A stretch of DNA of 64,000 bases from Verrucomicrobiota bacterium (GTDB taxonomy: Bacteria > Verrucomicrobiota > Verrucomicrobiia > Limisphaerales > SXQI01): NCBI GenBank assembly GCA_033762115.1, contig JANRLX010000022.1, positions 13,695 to 77,694 of the forward strand, written 5' to 3'. The notes beneath the pieces were generated by a model, which worked only from the letters and a program-made list of their open reading frames with translations, did no database searches and was not told the DNA's origin. Numbering within the stretch: the stretch's first letter is position 1; each line of letters starts with the position of its first letter. Made by a program: the position numbers and the translations under genes. Of this stretch, positions 8,904 through 18,488 are shown piece by piece.

Positions 8904-11063
8904 ATGCGCTCGCCTTTGTTGTTCCTGCTTTTTTCCATGATGCTCGGGGGAACGATTGCGGGGGAGTTTCGAGTTCTGAGAAGCGGGGAGATGAACGGAG
9001 ATGCGCGGCTGAAGCCATTGAAAGACCTGGATGGTTATTTCCGGTTTAAGCCTCCCGGAAGCCGCACTGAATGGGAGGCGCGACGGAAGGAACTTAAAAA
9101 CCAGCTCCAGGTAACGCTTGGGTTGTATCCACTTCCCACACGCACCCCGTTGAACGCGGTGATTCATGGGAGAATTGACCGGGGTGATTACGTGGTGGAG
9201 AAAGTTTATTTCGAGAGCGTTCCCGGATTTTTTGTCACTGGAAATTTGTATCGTCCGAAAACGGGAGGGAAACATGCAGCGGTGCTTTCGCCGCATGGGC
9301 ATTGGGAAGGGGGAAGATTTCTTGATGCGGGGGTGGAAGGCGCGGCGAGGGAGATTGCGCAGGGAGCGGAAACGTTTGAGGCGGGCGGACGAAGTCCGTT
9401 GCAGGCGCGTTGTGTGCAACTGGCACGGATGGGGTGCGTGGTGTTTCATTATGACATGCTGGGTTATGCAGACAGCAGGCAGATTTCGATGGCTGTCGCG
9501 CATCAGTTCGCGAAGCAGCGTGCTGAAATGAACGGGAGGGCAGCCTGGGGGTTGTTCAGTCCGCAGGCTGAATCGCATTTCCAGAGTGTGGCAGGGTTGC
9601 AGACCTGGAACTCAATCCGGGCGCTGGATTTCCTGGAGACGTTGCCGGATGTGGATATGAAACGGATCGGGGTGACTGGAGCGAGCGGAGGAGGAACACA
9701 GACGTTTTTGCTGGGGGCATTGGATGAACGGGTGAGCGCGATTTTTCCGGCGGTGATGGTTTCGACGGCGATGCAGGGAGGTTGCACGTGCGAAAATGCG
9801 AGCGGGTTGCGAGTGGGAACAGGGAATGTGGAAATTGCGGGGCTTTTTGCACCGAAACCGTTGGGAATGACCGCAGCGGATGATTGGACGCGGGAGATGG
9901 AGCGAAAGGGATTTCCGGAGTTGCAGGAACTTTACAGGGTGTTGAAAGCGCCGGAAAATGTGATGCTCAAAGGTGCGCTGCAATTTGGACATAATTTCAA
10001 CCAGATTGGCCGGAAGGCGATGTATCACTGGTTCAACACGCATCTCGGCCTGAAACAGCGGGAGCCGATCGAGGAGCGGGATTTTCAACGGCTCTCACGG
10101 GAGGAATTAACGGTGTGGAATGGGGAGCATCCGCAACCATCAGGAGGAGCGGAGTTTGAGCGGGGATTATTGCAATGGTTTGTGAAGGATGCGGAGGAGC
10201 AACTTTCGCGAGTCAAGGAACTGAAGGCATTCTCGGCATTGGTGGGCCCGGCATTGAAGGTGGTGGTGGGAAGGACGCCTGAGCAGGTGGAAAAAGTGAC
10301 GTTCGACGTTCGGAACAAGATGGATGAAGGGAAGCATTGGGAGATTGGAGGGATGCTGGTGAACGAAACGCATTGCGAAGCGTTACCGACGTTGTTTTTG
10401 CATCCGAAAGAGTGGAACGGCAGCACGATTGTGTGGTTGCATCCGAAAGGAAAAGAAAGTTCGGGGGCAGGCAACGGGCTTCACCCGCTGGCAGCGGAGT
10501 TCCTGAGCGCGGGAGCCACGGTGGTGGGGATTGACCTGTTGTATCAGGGAGAGTTCGTGAATGGGGAGGAGCTTGTTCGCGCTCCAAAAGTAGCCAACCC
10601 GAGGGAGGCAGTGGCTTATACCTACGGTTACAATTATTCGCTGAGCGCCAAACGTGCGCACGATCTGCTGAGCCTGCTGTCGTTCATTAAAAATCATGAA
10701 CAGCAATCGAAGCAGGTCATTGTGATTGCGCATGGAAATACAGCGTCGTTGGCGGCAGCGGCATGGGCGTTGGGAGGCGACTTGATGAGTGGCGCAGCGC
10801 TGGAACTGGACGGGTTTCGGTTCACGGATGTGATGGATATTTATTCACCGGAGTTATTGCCGGGGGGAGGAAAATATGGGGATGTGGATGGGATGCTGGC
10901 CGTTGGGGCGGGGAAATTGCTGGTGAGAGATGAGCGCCCATTGCCGATGACGGAGCGTTTTTTGGGAAACCGGTTTAAATGGAGCCAGGCGTTTGGGGCG
11001 GAAGAGGTGAGCGCCTGGGTGAAGGATTTGATGAATGGGCAGAGCAGTTCCGCATCAGAATAA
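8904..11063 (+). CDS. secreted alpha/beta hydrolase (acetylxylan esterase / dienelactone hydrolase-like)
   Basis: 719 aa with a signal peptide. Nucleophile elbow GVTGASGGG. The N-terminal region (..KVYFESVPGFFVTGNLYRP..AVLSPHGHW) resembles AXE1-like esterases common in PVC genomes, recognised from memory. Confidence 0.6.
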   Translation: MRSPLLFLLFSMMLGGTIAGEFRVLRSGEMNGDARLKPLKDLDGYFRFKPPGSRTEWEARRKELKNQLQVTLGLYPLPTRTPLNAVIHGRIDRGDYVVEKVYFESVPGFFVTGNLYRPKTGGKHAAVLSPHGHWEGGRFLDAGVEGAAREIAQGAETFEAGGRSPLQARCVQLARMGCVVFHYDMLGYADSRQISMAVAHQFAKQRAEMNGRAAWGLFSPQAESHFQSVAGLQTWNSIRALDFLETLPDVDMKRIGVTGASGGGTQTFLLGALDERVSAIFPAVMVSTAMQGGCTCENASGLRVGTGNVEIAGLFAPKPLGMTAADDWTREMERKGFPELQELYRVLKAPENVMLKGALQFGHNFNQIGRKAMYHWFNTHLGLKQREPIEERDFQRLSREELTVWNGEHPQPSGGAEFERGLLQWFVKDAEEQLSRVKELKAFSALVGPALKVVVGRTPEQVEKVTFDVRNKMDEGKHWEIGGMLVNETHCEALPTLFLHPKEWNGSTIVWLHPKGKESSGAGNGLHPLAAEFLSAGATVVGIDLLYQGEFVNGEELVRAPKVANPREAVAYTYGYNYSLSAKRAHDLLSLLSFIKNHEQQSKQVIVIAHGNTASLAAAAWALGGDLMSGAALELDGFRFTDVMDIYSPELLPGGGKYGDVDGMLAVGAGKLLVRDERPLPMTERFLGNRFKWSQAFGAEEVSAWVKDLMNGQSSSASE

Positions 11064-11084
11064 GAATTTGGTGACAGAGATTTC

Positions 11085-11381
11085 ATGCTGACCCGATCAG
11101 ACGCGAGAAGAAGGTGGTTTGGAACATTGTTCCTGTTGCTGGCTTTTGGATTGTTGATCTGGGGACAAACTCTCCTGAAATCGTGGCTGCAAAGCAGCCC
11201 TGTTTTGTATGTGGTTTACTGGCTTGGATGCATGAGTTTTACGTTGATGGCGCTTTTGGTGGCAGCCCTGGACCTGTTTATCATCCGGAGCCGGACGCGG
11301 GATGAAAAAGACAAACTGGTCAAGGAAGCGCTGGAAAAAGCCAGGCGGGAAGCGGGATTGCCGGATGAAACGGACGAATGA
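11085..11381 (+). CDS. small membrane protein, unknown function
   Basis: 98 aa with two predicted TM helices (WFGTLFLLLAFGLLIWG, MSFTLMALLVAALDLFII) and a charged C-terminal tail. Its stop abuts the uvrD stop. Confidence 0.5.
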   Translation: MLTRSDARRRWFGTLFLLLAFGLLIWGQTLLKSWLQSSPVLYVVYWLGCMSFTLMALLVAALDLFIIRSRTRDEKDKLVKEALEKARREAGLPDETDE

Positions 11382-13400
11382 TCATCCCCATGGATTGGTG
11401 GTGACGAGATTCCATTCCTCAAACAACTGTTTGGGAAGTTCAGAGAGGAATTGAGAGGGTTGTTGCATGGATGCCCCTTCACCACGGGTGAAGCGGATCA
11501 GCGGGTAAGAGAGATAAAGTTCCTGTTTGGCGCGAGTGATGGCGACGTAAAACAACCGCCGCTCCTCTTCGAGGACTTCGGGGCGGTCGAGCGACCTGAT
11601 GCTGGGAAAGAGTCCTTCGCACAGCATCAAAATGAAGACGACCTGATATTCAAGGCCCTTGGCCTGATGAATCGTCGAGAGGCGGAGTAGTTCATCGTCA
11701 TTACCGGGGCGGTCCTCTTCCGATTCGATGTTGGTGAGGAGGGCGAGCTGGCTGAGGAATTCCTCAGTGGATTTGAACTGGGCGGCAAAATTGGCGAGTT
11801 GTTCGATTTCCTCCTTGCGGTTGAGGTAATTGGAAAAAGCCTCTTTCAAGTAGTCGATGTAACCTGCTTCCATGATCAGGCGGATCATTTCAGCCGGTCT
11901 TGAGGAAATCGGGGGATGTTCGAGTTGTGAGATGGTGGCGGTGAACTGGGCCCACGCGACCTCAGTTTTTTTGGGCGCCTTTGCGGCACTGCGCTGCAAC
12001 GCGGTGGCGATTGGGGATTTGGCGCTGGCTACGACGTTTGCGAGTTCCGCCTGGAATGTGTCCCAGAGTTTTTCGGCGGCCTTGCCCCCAACGCCGGGCA
12101 TCAGGCGAACGATTCGCTTGAAAGCGATTTCATCGGAGGGGTTCGCCACGAATTTGAGATAGGCAGCGACATCCTTGATATGTGCCTGCTCAAAAAAGCG
12201 GATGCCGCTGGTAATGCTGAAGGGAATGTTCCGGCGGGTCAGTTCGAGTTGCAATTCGAGAGCGTGAAAGTGGGAGCGGTAAAGAACGGCGATTTCATTA
12301 AGGTTCGTTCCTTCCTCGCGCAGTTCGAGGACTCGTTGCGCAATAAATGCGGCCTGGACGGCGGCATCCCCACAGGGAACGAGGACAGGTTTGGAACCGG
12401 ATTTTTTGTTTGAAACCAGCTGTTTGGAGTATTGCCGGGTATTGGCGGCAATCGCGGCGTTGGCGAGCGAGAGAATCTCGGGAGTGCTGCGATAATTGGT
12501 TTCGATTTTGTAAACCTTTGCGCCGGGATAGCGTTTGGGAAACTCGAGAATGTTGAGGAAGTTGGCCCCGCGCCAGGAGTAGATGCTTTGTGAATCGTCC
12601 CCCACCACGGTGACATTGTGATGACGGGCGGCGAGCAGGTCGATCAGGTCGCTTTGAAGCTTGTTGGTGTCCTGGTATTCATCGACGAGAAGAAACTGGA
12701 ACCGTTTTTGGTAAAATTCGCAGACCGAAGGGTGTTCCTTGAGAAGGCGGTACCAAAGGACCAGAAGATCATCGAAATCCATGACGTTGCTGGATTTTTT
12801 TCGGACGGAAAACTGGACCTGGATTTGTCCCAAAACGGAAGCCCCTTGTTGAAAGTGGGGATAATCCTCCTCAAGGATTTGAGGAATGCTTTTTTCCGTG
12901 TTCACAACCATGGAAAAAATATCGGCAATGACATCCGCCTTGGGAAAACGGGATTCGGTGACGTCGATTTTGGCGTCATCGACCGCGGCTTTGAGGAGGT
13001 CTTTTGCATCTTCCCGGTCGAGAATGGTGAAATCCGGTTTGTAGCCGAGAAGTGCGGCATGTTTCCGAAGGATACGGTTGCCGATGGAATGGAAGGTGCC
13101 TCCCCAGAGGGAGGAAATATCGTGACCGAGCACGTCGGCGACGCGCCGCATCATTTCACGCGCGGCTTTGTTGGTGAAGGTCAGGAGTAAAATGCGTTCG
13201 GGAGGAATTCCCTGCTCGAGAAGGTAGGCCACGCGATAGGTCAGGGTGCGCGTTTTGCCGGAACCGGCACCGGCAATGACGAGGGAGGGAGCAGGCAGAG
13301 CGGTGACAGCCTCGTACTGTTGCGGATTAAGCTCTGCGGCGTAATCGATTTGCAGGCGAACATCCGTTTGGAAGGGTTGAAGGATGTAATCTCGTGACAT
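11382..13400 (-). CDS. uvrD: ATP-dependent DNA helicase, UvrD/PcrA/Rep family
   Basis: 672 aa. Motif I AGAGSGKT, Ia LLLTFTNKAAREM, II LVDEYQDTN, plus later SF1 motifs (VGDDSQSIYSWRGA, TIHQAKGLEYQVVF). Confidence 0.85.
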   Translation of the reverse strand: MSRDYILQPFQTDVRLQIDYAAELNPQQYEAVTALPAPSLVIAGAGSGKTRTLTYRVAYLLEQGIPPERILLLTFTNKAAREMMRRVADVLGHDISSLWGGTFHSIGNRILRKHAALLGYKPDFTILDREDAKDLLKAAVDDAKIDVTESRFPKADVIADIFSMVVNTEKSIPQILEEDYPHFQQGASVLGQIQVQFSVRKKSSNVMDFDDLLVLWYRLLKEHPSVCEFYQKRFQFLLVDEYQDTNKLQSDLIDLLAARHHNVTVVGDDSQSIYSWRGANFLNILEFPKRYPGAKVYKIETNYRSTPEILSLANAAIAANTRQYSKQLVSNKKSGSKPVLVPCGDAAVQAAFIAQRVLELREEGTNLNEIAVLYRSHFHALELQLELTRRNIPFSITSGIRFFEQAHIKDVAAYLKFVANPSDEIAFKRIVRLMPGVGGKAAEKLWDTFQAELANVVASAKSPIATALQRSAAKAPKKTEVAWAQFTATISQLEHPPISSRPAEMIRLIMEAGYIDYLKEAFSNYLNRKEEIEQLANFAAQFKSTEEFLSQLALLTNIESEEDRPGNDDELLRLSTIHQAKGLEYQVVFILMLCEGLFPSIRSLDRPEVLEEERRLFYVAITRAKQELYLSYPLIRFTRGEGASMQQPSQFLSELPKQLFEEWNLVTTNPWG

Positions 13401-13488
13401 TGCGTTAGGTCGAAGGAGCGCGTGCGCAGATCGGATTTCGATTCATCTGTTTATTTTACTGAAAGGAGACGCTTCTGAAAGAACCCTT

Positions 13489-14541
13489 TTGCGGTACCCT
13501 ATACATTTTGCTGCCGGGAAGTATTTTATGATGGGAACATGCATGAAACAGGAGGTGTTGATAGAGGGCGGCGGGGGGATGCGGAAGGGGGAACGAAATC
13601 GAACCGGGCAGACGCTGGAATCGATCAAAATTCCTTCCGATGAAAAGGATGTGGAACTGAAGGTTGGCCGGCGGACGGTGAAGTTGACCAACCTGCACAA
13701 ACCTTTCTGGAACATTCCGCTGATCACCAAAGGGGACCTGATTCAGTATTATGCGGATGTTTCCACGCTGTTGCTGCCGCATTTGCAGGACCGGGCGATG
13801 GTGATGAAGCGTTATCCCAACGGGGCTGAAGGAGAATTCTTTTTTCAAAAACGGGCCCCGGAACCACGTCCTGAATGGATTGATATTTGTGAGATCGAAC
13901 ACTCTTCGGGAAATGTCATTGCGTTTCCTGTGGTGCGGGACCTGGCCTCACTCCTTTGGGTGGTGAACCTCGGTTGCATTGACCTGAACCAATGGTATGG
14001 GCGTTGTGATGATGTGGATCGGCCGGATTACCTGCATTTTGACCTTGATCCAGTGGAGGGGGCGGATTTTTCGAAGGTGCGGGAAACAGCGTTGCTGGTG
14101 CATGAGGCATTGGAAGGATTGAAAGCGCCAAATTTTGTGAAAACCACCGGATCGCGTGGAATCCACATTTATGTGCCAATCAAGCGCGGGCCTTTGCAGA
14201 AGCAGGTTTGGACCTTTGCGAAAACGTTCGCGCAAAGCATGGAGCGAATGTATCCGGACCTTGTCACGGCGGAGTATCGAATTGCAAAACGGCCCAAGGG
14301 ACATGTGCTGGTGGATTACAACCAGAATGCCTGGGGGCGAACACTTTCGTCCGTTTATTCTGTCCGGCCAAAACCGAATGCGCCGGTTTCAACACCGGTG
14401 ACCTGGGAAGAGGTCCGAGATGGAATCGAGATCGAGGATTTTACCTTGAGCAATGTGCGGGAACGGCTGACAAAAGAAGGGGATCTTTGGAAGCCGATTG
14501 TGCAGGAGCGGGGGCGGTTCGAGCTGGAAACGCTTTTATGA
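13489..14541 (+). CDS. ligD: NHEJ primase-polymerase (stand-alone LigD Pol domain)
   Basis: AEP/LigD-Pol blocks: LTNLHKPFW, MKRYPNGAEGEFFFQKR, HFDLDP, KTTGSRGIHIYVPI, VLVDYNQN. The true start may be an internal Met (e.g. 13579). Confidence 0.8.
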   Translation: MRYPIHFAAGKYFMMGTCMKQEVLIEGGGGMRKGERNRTGQTLESIKIPSDEKDVELKVGRRTVKLTNLHKPFWNIPLITKGDLIQYYADVSTLLLPHLQDRAMVMKRYPNGAEGEFFFQKRAPEPRPEWIDICEIEHSSGNVIAFPVVRDLASLLWVVNLGCIDLNQWYGRCDDVDRPDYLHFDLDPVEGADFSKVRETALLVHEALEGLKAPNFVKTTGSRGIHIYVPIKRGPLQKQVWTFAKTFAQSMERMYPDLVTAEYRIAKRPKGHVLVDYNQNAWGRTLSSVYSVRPKPNAPVSTPVTWEEVRDGIEIEDFTLSNVRERLTKEGDLWKPIVQERGRFELETLL

Positions 14542-15578
14542 ACTCGCAGGTGAAACCACCATTTCTCCCAATGGAAGCGTTGCTGGTGGATGAAATTCCA
14601 GAAGGGCCGCAATGGCAGTATGAACCGAAATGGGATGGATTTCGGTGCCTTGTGTTTCGCGAGGGCGATGAGGTGCAGTTGCAATCGAAATCAGGGCAGC
14701 CGCTGGGGCGATATTTCCCGGAATTGGTTGCCGCGATCCAGGCACTAAAACCGAAACGTTTCGTGATTGATGGAGAGATCGTGATTCCAGTGGGCACAGG
14801 GATTTCGTTCGATGAATTGCTGATGCGAATTCACCCGGCGGCGAGCCGGATCAGGAAACTTGCAGCGGAGCATCCGGCGCTGTTGATTGTGTTTGATATT
14901 CTGGATGATGGCAGCACGGAGGATTTGTTTGAACAGCCTCTGCAAACCCGGCGAACGGTGCTGGAGGCGTTTGCGCAACGTTATTTCAAAGGAGAGCAGG
15001 TGCGTCTTTCACCAAAGACGATGGACCAGGACCTGGCGAGAAACTGGCTGGACCGAACGAACGAAAATCTGGATGGGATCATTGCCAAACGAATTGACCT
15101 GCCATACGCCAGCGGGGAACGGAGTACGATGCAGAAGATCAAAAAAATCCGGACAGCGGATTGTGTGGTGGGTGGATTTCGCTACGGAAGTAAAAGCAAA
15201 TTAGTGGGGTCGCTGCTGCTGGGGTTGTATGAAAATGGGTTGCTGCATCATGTTGGTTTTTGTTCGGGAATCAAAACCACAGACAAGGCGGCGTTGACCG
15301 GGAAACTGGAAAAGCTGATCGAACCGCCTGGATTTACCGGGCGCGCGCCGGGCGGGCCGAGTCGTTGGAGCAGCGAACGTTCGACAGAATGGAATCCGTT
15401 GAAGCCGCAGTTGGTGGTTGAGGTGGCTTACGATCATTTCACAGGCGGGCGATTTCGGCATGGGACCAAACTGGTGCGATGGCGACCGGACAAGGCAGCG
15501 GAGCAATGCGGGATGGAACAGGTCCAGCAACACTCGGTGCAGGCACTCCGGGTTACTGGAGGCAGCGTGACGGCCTGA
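14538..15578 (+). CDS. ligD: ATP-dependent DNA ligase (stand-alone LigD ligase domain)
   Basis: Start at MNSQVKPP, where the ATG (14538) overlaps the Pol stop as ATGA. Motif I EPKWDGFR, then DGEIV, LIVFDIL, DGIIAKR, MQKIKK. Confidence 0.85.
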   Translation: MNSQVKPPFLPMEALLVDEIPEGPQWQYEPKWDGFRCLVFREGDEVQLQSKSGQPLGRYFPELVAAIQALKPKRFVIDGEIVIPVGTGISFDELLMRIHPAASRIRKLAAEHPALLIVFDILDDGSTEDLFEQPLQTRRTVLEAFAQRYFKGEQVRLSPKTMDQDLARNWLDRTNENLDGIIAKRIDLPYASGERSTMQKIKKIRTADCVVGGFRYGSKSKLVGSLLLGLYENGLLHHVGFCSGIKTTDKAALTGKLEKLIEPPGFTGRAPGGPSRWSSERSTEWNPLKPQLVVEVAYDHFTGGRFRHGTKLVRWRPDKAAEQCGMEQVQQHSVQALRVTGGSVTA

Positions 15579-15622
15579 AATAGGGGGTTGGATCAATTTC
15601 GGCGGTTCGCTATGCTCGTTGC

Positions 15623-16909
15623 ATGAACGCGAGCATTTTTTCCCTGTTTTTATTTGTTACCGTCCTGGTGGCGCAGGAAAAACCTGCTGATCCATACTTC
15701 GATAAATATCTCCCCACTCCCGCGCCGAAACCGGAACGCCTGTTGTTGGAAAAAGGGGACCGGCTGGCAATTTGCGGTGATTCGATCACGGAGCAAAAAA
15801 TGTATTCCAGGGTGATGGAAACCTACCTGACAGTTTGCGTGCCGGAGCTGGAGGTGAGTGTGCGCCAGTATGGATGGGGCGGTGAAAAAGCGCCGGGGTT
15901 TTTACGACGGATGACCAATGACGTGCTGCGGTTCAAGCCGACAATCGCCACGACCTGTTACGGGATGAACGACCATGAGTATCGCGATTATGAAGAGCGG
16001 ATCGGGAACCAATATCGTGATGCTTCGCGCGCGATCATTCGGGCATTCAAGTATCATGGAGTCCGCGTGGTTCATGGGTCACCCGGCCCGGTGGGAAAGG
16101 TGCCGCACTGGACGAAATCTGACTCTTACAGCAAGGAACAACTGAACCTGAACTTATTAAACCTGAGAAATATTGGTGTGGAACTGGCGAATGAGGAGAA
16201 GGTCGGTTTTGCGGATGTGTTCTGGCCGATGTTTGTGTCGGAGCATCTGGCGCGAAAACAGTATGGAGAGGATTATGCCGTGGCGGGCAAGGATGGGGTC
16301 CATCCGGGATGGGCCGGGAGTTTTATCATGGCGTATTCGTTCCTCAAGGCGCTTGGATTGGATGGTGAGTTGGGTTCGTTCACACTGGACCTGGCAAGCA
16401 ACCAGGTGAAGCCAAGTGAGGGACATCGCGTGCTTTCATCGCGGGCCGGAATCTTTGAAGTCGAAAGTTCCCGTTATCCATTTTGCGCGCCGAAAGGAGA
16501 CCCGCGGAACGATGACAGCATCCTTTCAGGAATGACGCTGGTGCCGTTCAACCGGGAGTTGAACCGATTCATGTTGCGAATCAGGAACCCGGAAGCGGCG
16601 CGTTACAAGGTGACGTGGGGAGAAAGTTCAAAGAGCTTTGATGCGGCTGTGCTGAAGGAAGGAATCAACCTGGCTGCGGAATTCCCGCAAAACCCATTTT
16701 CAGAAGCATTCGCAAAAGTGGATGAAGCAGTGGGGGCGAAACAGGCGTATGAAACGCGCCAGATCAAGATGTTGTTTCATGGAGAAGAGGGGCGGGCGGA
16801 CAAGGATTTGACGGCCACCTTAACGGAAAAAGCCCGTGCTCCGCTGGTGAAGGCGATCCAGGCACAGTTCAGGCCGGTGACCCACACCATCAGGGTGGAG
16901 GCGGAATAA
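15623..16909 (+). CDS. secreted SGNH/GDSL-type hydrolase
   Basis: Signal peptide, block I LAICGDSITEQ, GMNDH block, 428 aa. Confidence 0.65.
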   Translation: MNASIFSLFLFVTVLVAQEKPADPYFDKYLPTPAPKPERLLLEKGDRLAICGDSITEQKMYSRVMETYLTVCVPELEVSVRQYGWGGEKAPGFLRRMTNDVLRFKPTIATTCYGMNDHEYRDYEERIGNQYRDASRAIIRAFKYHGVRVVHGSPGPVGKVPHWTKSDSYSKEQLNLNLLNLRNIGVELANEEKVGFADVFWPMFVSEHLARKQYGEDYAVAGKDGVHPGWAGSFIMAYSFLKALGLDGELGSFTLDLASNQVKPSEGHRVLSSRAGIFEVESSRYPFCAPKGDPRNDDSILSGMTLVPFNRELNRFMLRIRNPEAARYKVTWGESSKSFDAAVLKEGINLAAEFPQNPFSEAFAKVDEAVGAKQAYETRQIKMLFHGEEGRADKDLTATLTEKARAPLVKAIQAQFRPVTHTIRVEAE

Positions 16910-16923
16910 AGTCAACGGTTCGC

Positions 16924-18285
16924 TTAAGTGGCGAGCTGGTCCAGCTTCCCTGAGGAATCGCCGATGCGAGGAACAGAAACCCCGGCGCGGTCCAGCATGG
17001 AAAGGAACAGGTTGGCCATTGGGGTTTCCGAAGCATACTTGATATGGCGACCGGGTGTGACGGTGCCGCCAGCCTTTCCGGCGAGGAGGACCGGGAGGTT
17101 TTCATGCTCATGGCGATTGCCGTCCGCAAGGCCGCTTCCATAGACGATCATGCAATTATCAAGGAGCGAGCCGCTGCCTTCCTTCACGGATTTCATGCGT
17201 TCGAGGAAATAGGCGAACTGGCGTGAGTGGAAGGTGTTGATTTTGGCGATTTTCGATTTTTTCTCCTGATTTCCGCCGTGATGGGAGAGATCGTGATGGC
17301 CGTCCGAAACGCCGATGAATGGATAAGGGCGGTTGCTGCCGTCGTGGGCGACAACGAACGTGCTGATCCGGGTGGTGTCAGTCTGGAAGGCGAGAAGCAT
17401 GAGGTCGTACATCAACCGGATATGCTGCTCATAATCTTCGGGGATGCCGCTGGGTTTTTGGAAATCAGGTTGTTGGGAAGCGAATTTTTGGGCACGCTCG
17501 ATGCGTTGCTCGAGTTCACGAACGGCTGTGAGATATTCATCGAGCTTGCGCTGGTCTGTCCGGCCCAGATTGGATTTCAAGCGTTTGGCATCATCCATGG
17601 CGAAGTCGAGGACGCTTTTTTGAAATTTATCGCGGCGAGCGGCTGCCTCTGCTGATTCGGCAGGACGATTGGTGGCAAACAGGCGTTCAAAGACGAGCCG
17701 GGGGTCCACTTCCGGAGGGAGGGGAGTGGATTCTGTTTTCCAGGAAATATTGTAGGAATAAGCGCAGCTGTAACCGGAATCACAGTTGCCCGCCTGCTGT
17801 CCACGATCGCAGCCGATTTCCAGGGAGGAAAGGCGGGTGAGGTGACCAATCTTTTGAGCGGCGAGTTGATCGACGGAAACGCCAGCCTTGATATCCGCGC
17901 CATCGGTTTTGCGCGGGCGAGCGCCAGTGAGGAAGGTGGCGGAAGCGCGGGCATGGTCCCCTGCCCCATCAGCGCCAGCGCGACCATTATTATGGGTCAG
18001 ACCGGAGATGACGTTGACATATTCCTGAACCGGCTGGAGCGGCTGAAGAATGGGAGGCAGATCGTAACCGGCACCAAGATTTTTTGGGGTCCAATCCTCC
18101 ATGTTTGCGCCGTTGGGAACATAGACAAAAGCCATGCGAAGCGGAGCTGCGGAGCCATTGGCGGATTTGGCAGCAGCCTGCACTGCGGGAGTCATCGCTT
18201 CCAACAATGGCAATGCCATTGCGGTTCCCAATCCTTTCAAAAACGTCCTGCGAGGCAGATGCCAGTTTTTTGTCATAACGCGCAT
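16924..18285 (-). CDS. DUF1552 domain protein with twin-arginine signal
   Basis: N-terminus ..LPRRTFLKGLGTAMALPLLEAM and GVSDGHHDLSHHG block, as in the PVC-expanded DUF1552 family (recognised from memory). Confidence 0.75.
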   Translation of the reverse strand: MRVMTKNWHLPRRTFLKGLGTAMALPLLEAMTPAVQAAAKSANGSAAPLRMAFVYVPNGANMEDWTPKNLGAGYDLPPILQPLQPVQEYVNVISGLTHNNGRAGADGAGDHARASATFLTGARPRKTDGADIKAGVSVDQLAAQKIGHLTRLSSLEIGCDRGQQAGNCDSGYSCAYSYNISWKTESTPLPPEVDPRLVFERLFATNRPAESAEAAARRDKFQKSVLDFAMDDAKRLKSNLGRTDQRKLDEYLTAVRELEQRIERAQKFASQQPDFQKPSGIPEDYEQHIRLMYDLMLLAFQTDTTRISTFVVAHDGSNRPYPFIGVSDGHHDLSHHGGNQEKKSKIAKINTFHSRQFAYFLERMKSVKEGSGSLLDNCMIVYGSGLADGNRHEHENLPVLLAGKAGGTVTPGRHIKYASETPMANLFLSMLDRAGVSVPRIGDSSGKLDQLAT

Positions 18286-18488
18286 TGATACACTGTTCGG
18301 GGTTATTAGACGAAGTAGATTGGCAACTTCTTCAAACAGAGGGGAGAATTTTTATGGGTTGAGTCCGGGATATTTCAAAAGCACCGGTGGTGGGAGCGTC
18401 AAAACGGGCAAGGGCCCACATTATCGATCTGTTTGTTACCTGAGAGGCCGCATGGATTCCAGTTGCCGAACGCAGTGGCTGGTTTAAG

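Noticed and set aside
11085-13400. UvrD-like helicase considered as part of a defence system (Gabija GajB-like, or a helicase-nuclease pair).
   Set aside because: There is no OLD/TOPRIM ATPase-nuclease or other defence partner adjacent. The full set of SF1 motifs and the size fit a housekeeping UvrD/PcrA, and the neighbour is only a small membrane protein on the other strand.
14208-14537. Long form (456 aa) of the ligase ORF starting at 14208.
   Set aside because: Its first 110 codons overlap the LigD-Pol gene out of frame and give a G/A/C-rich nonsense-like peptide. The ATG at 14538 gives a canonical ligase N-terminus and an ATGA coupling.
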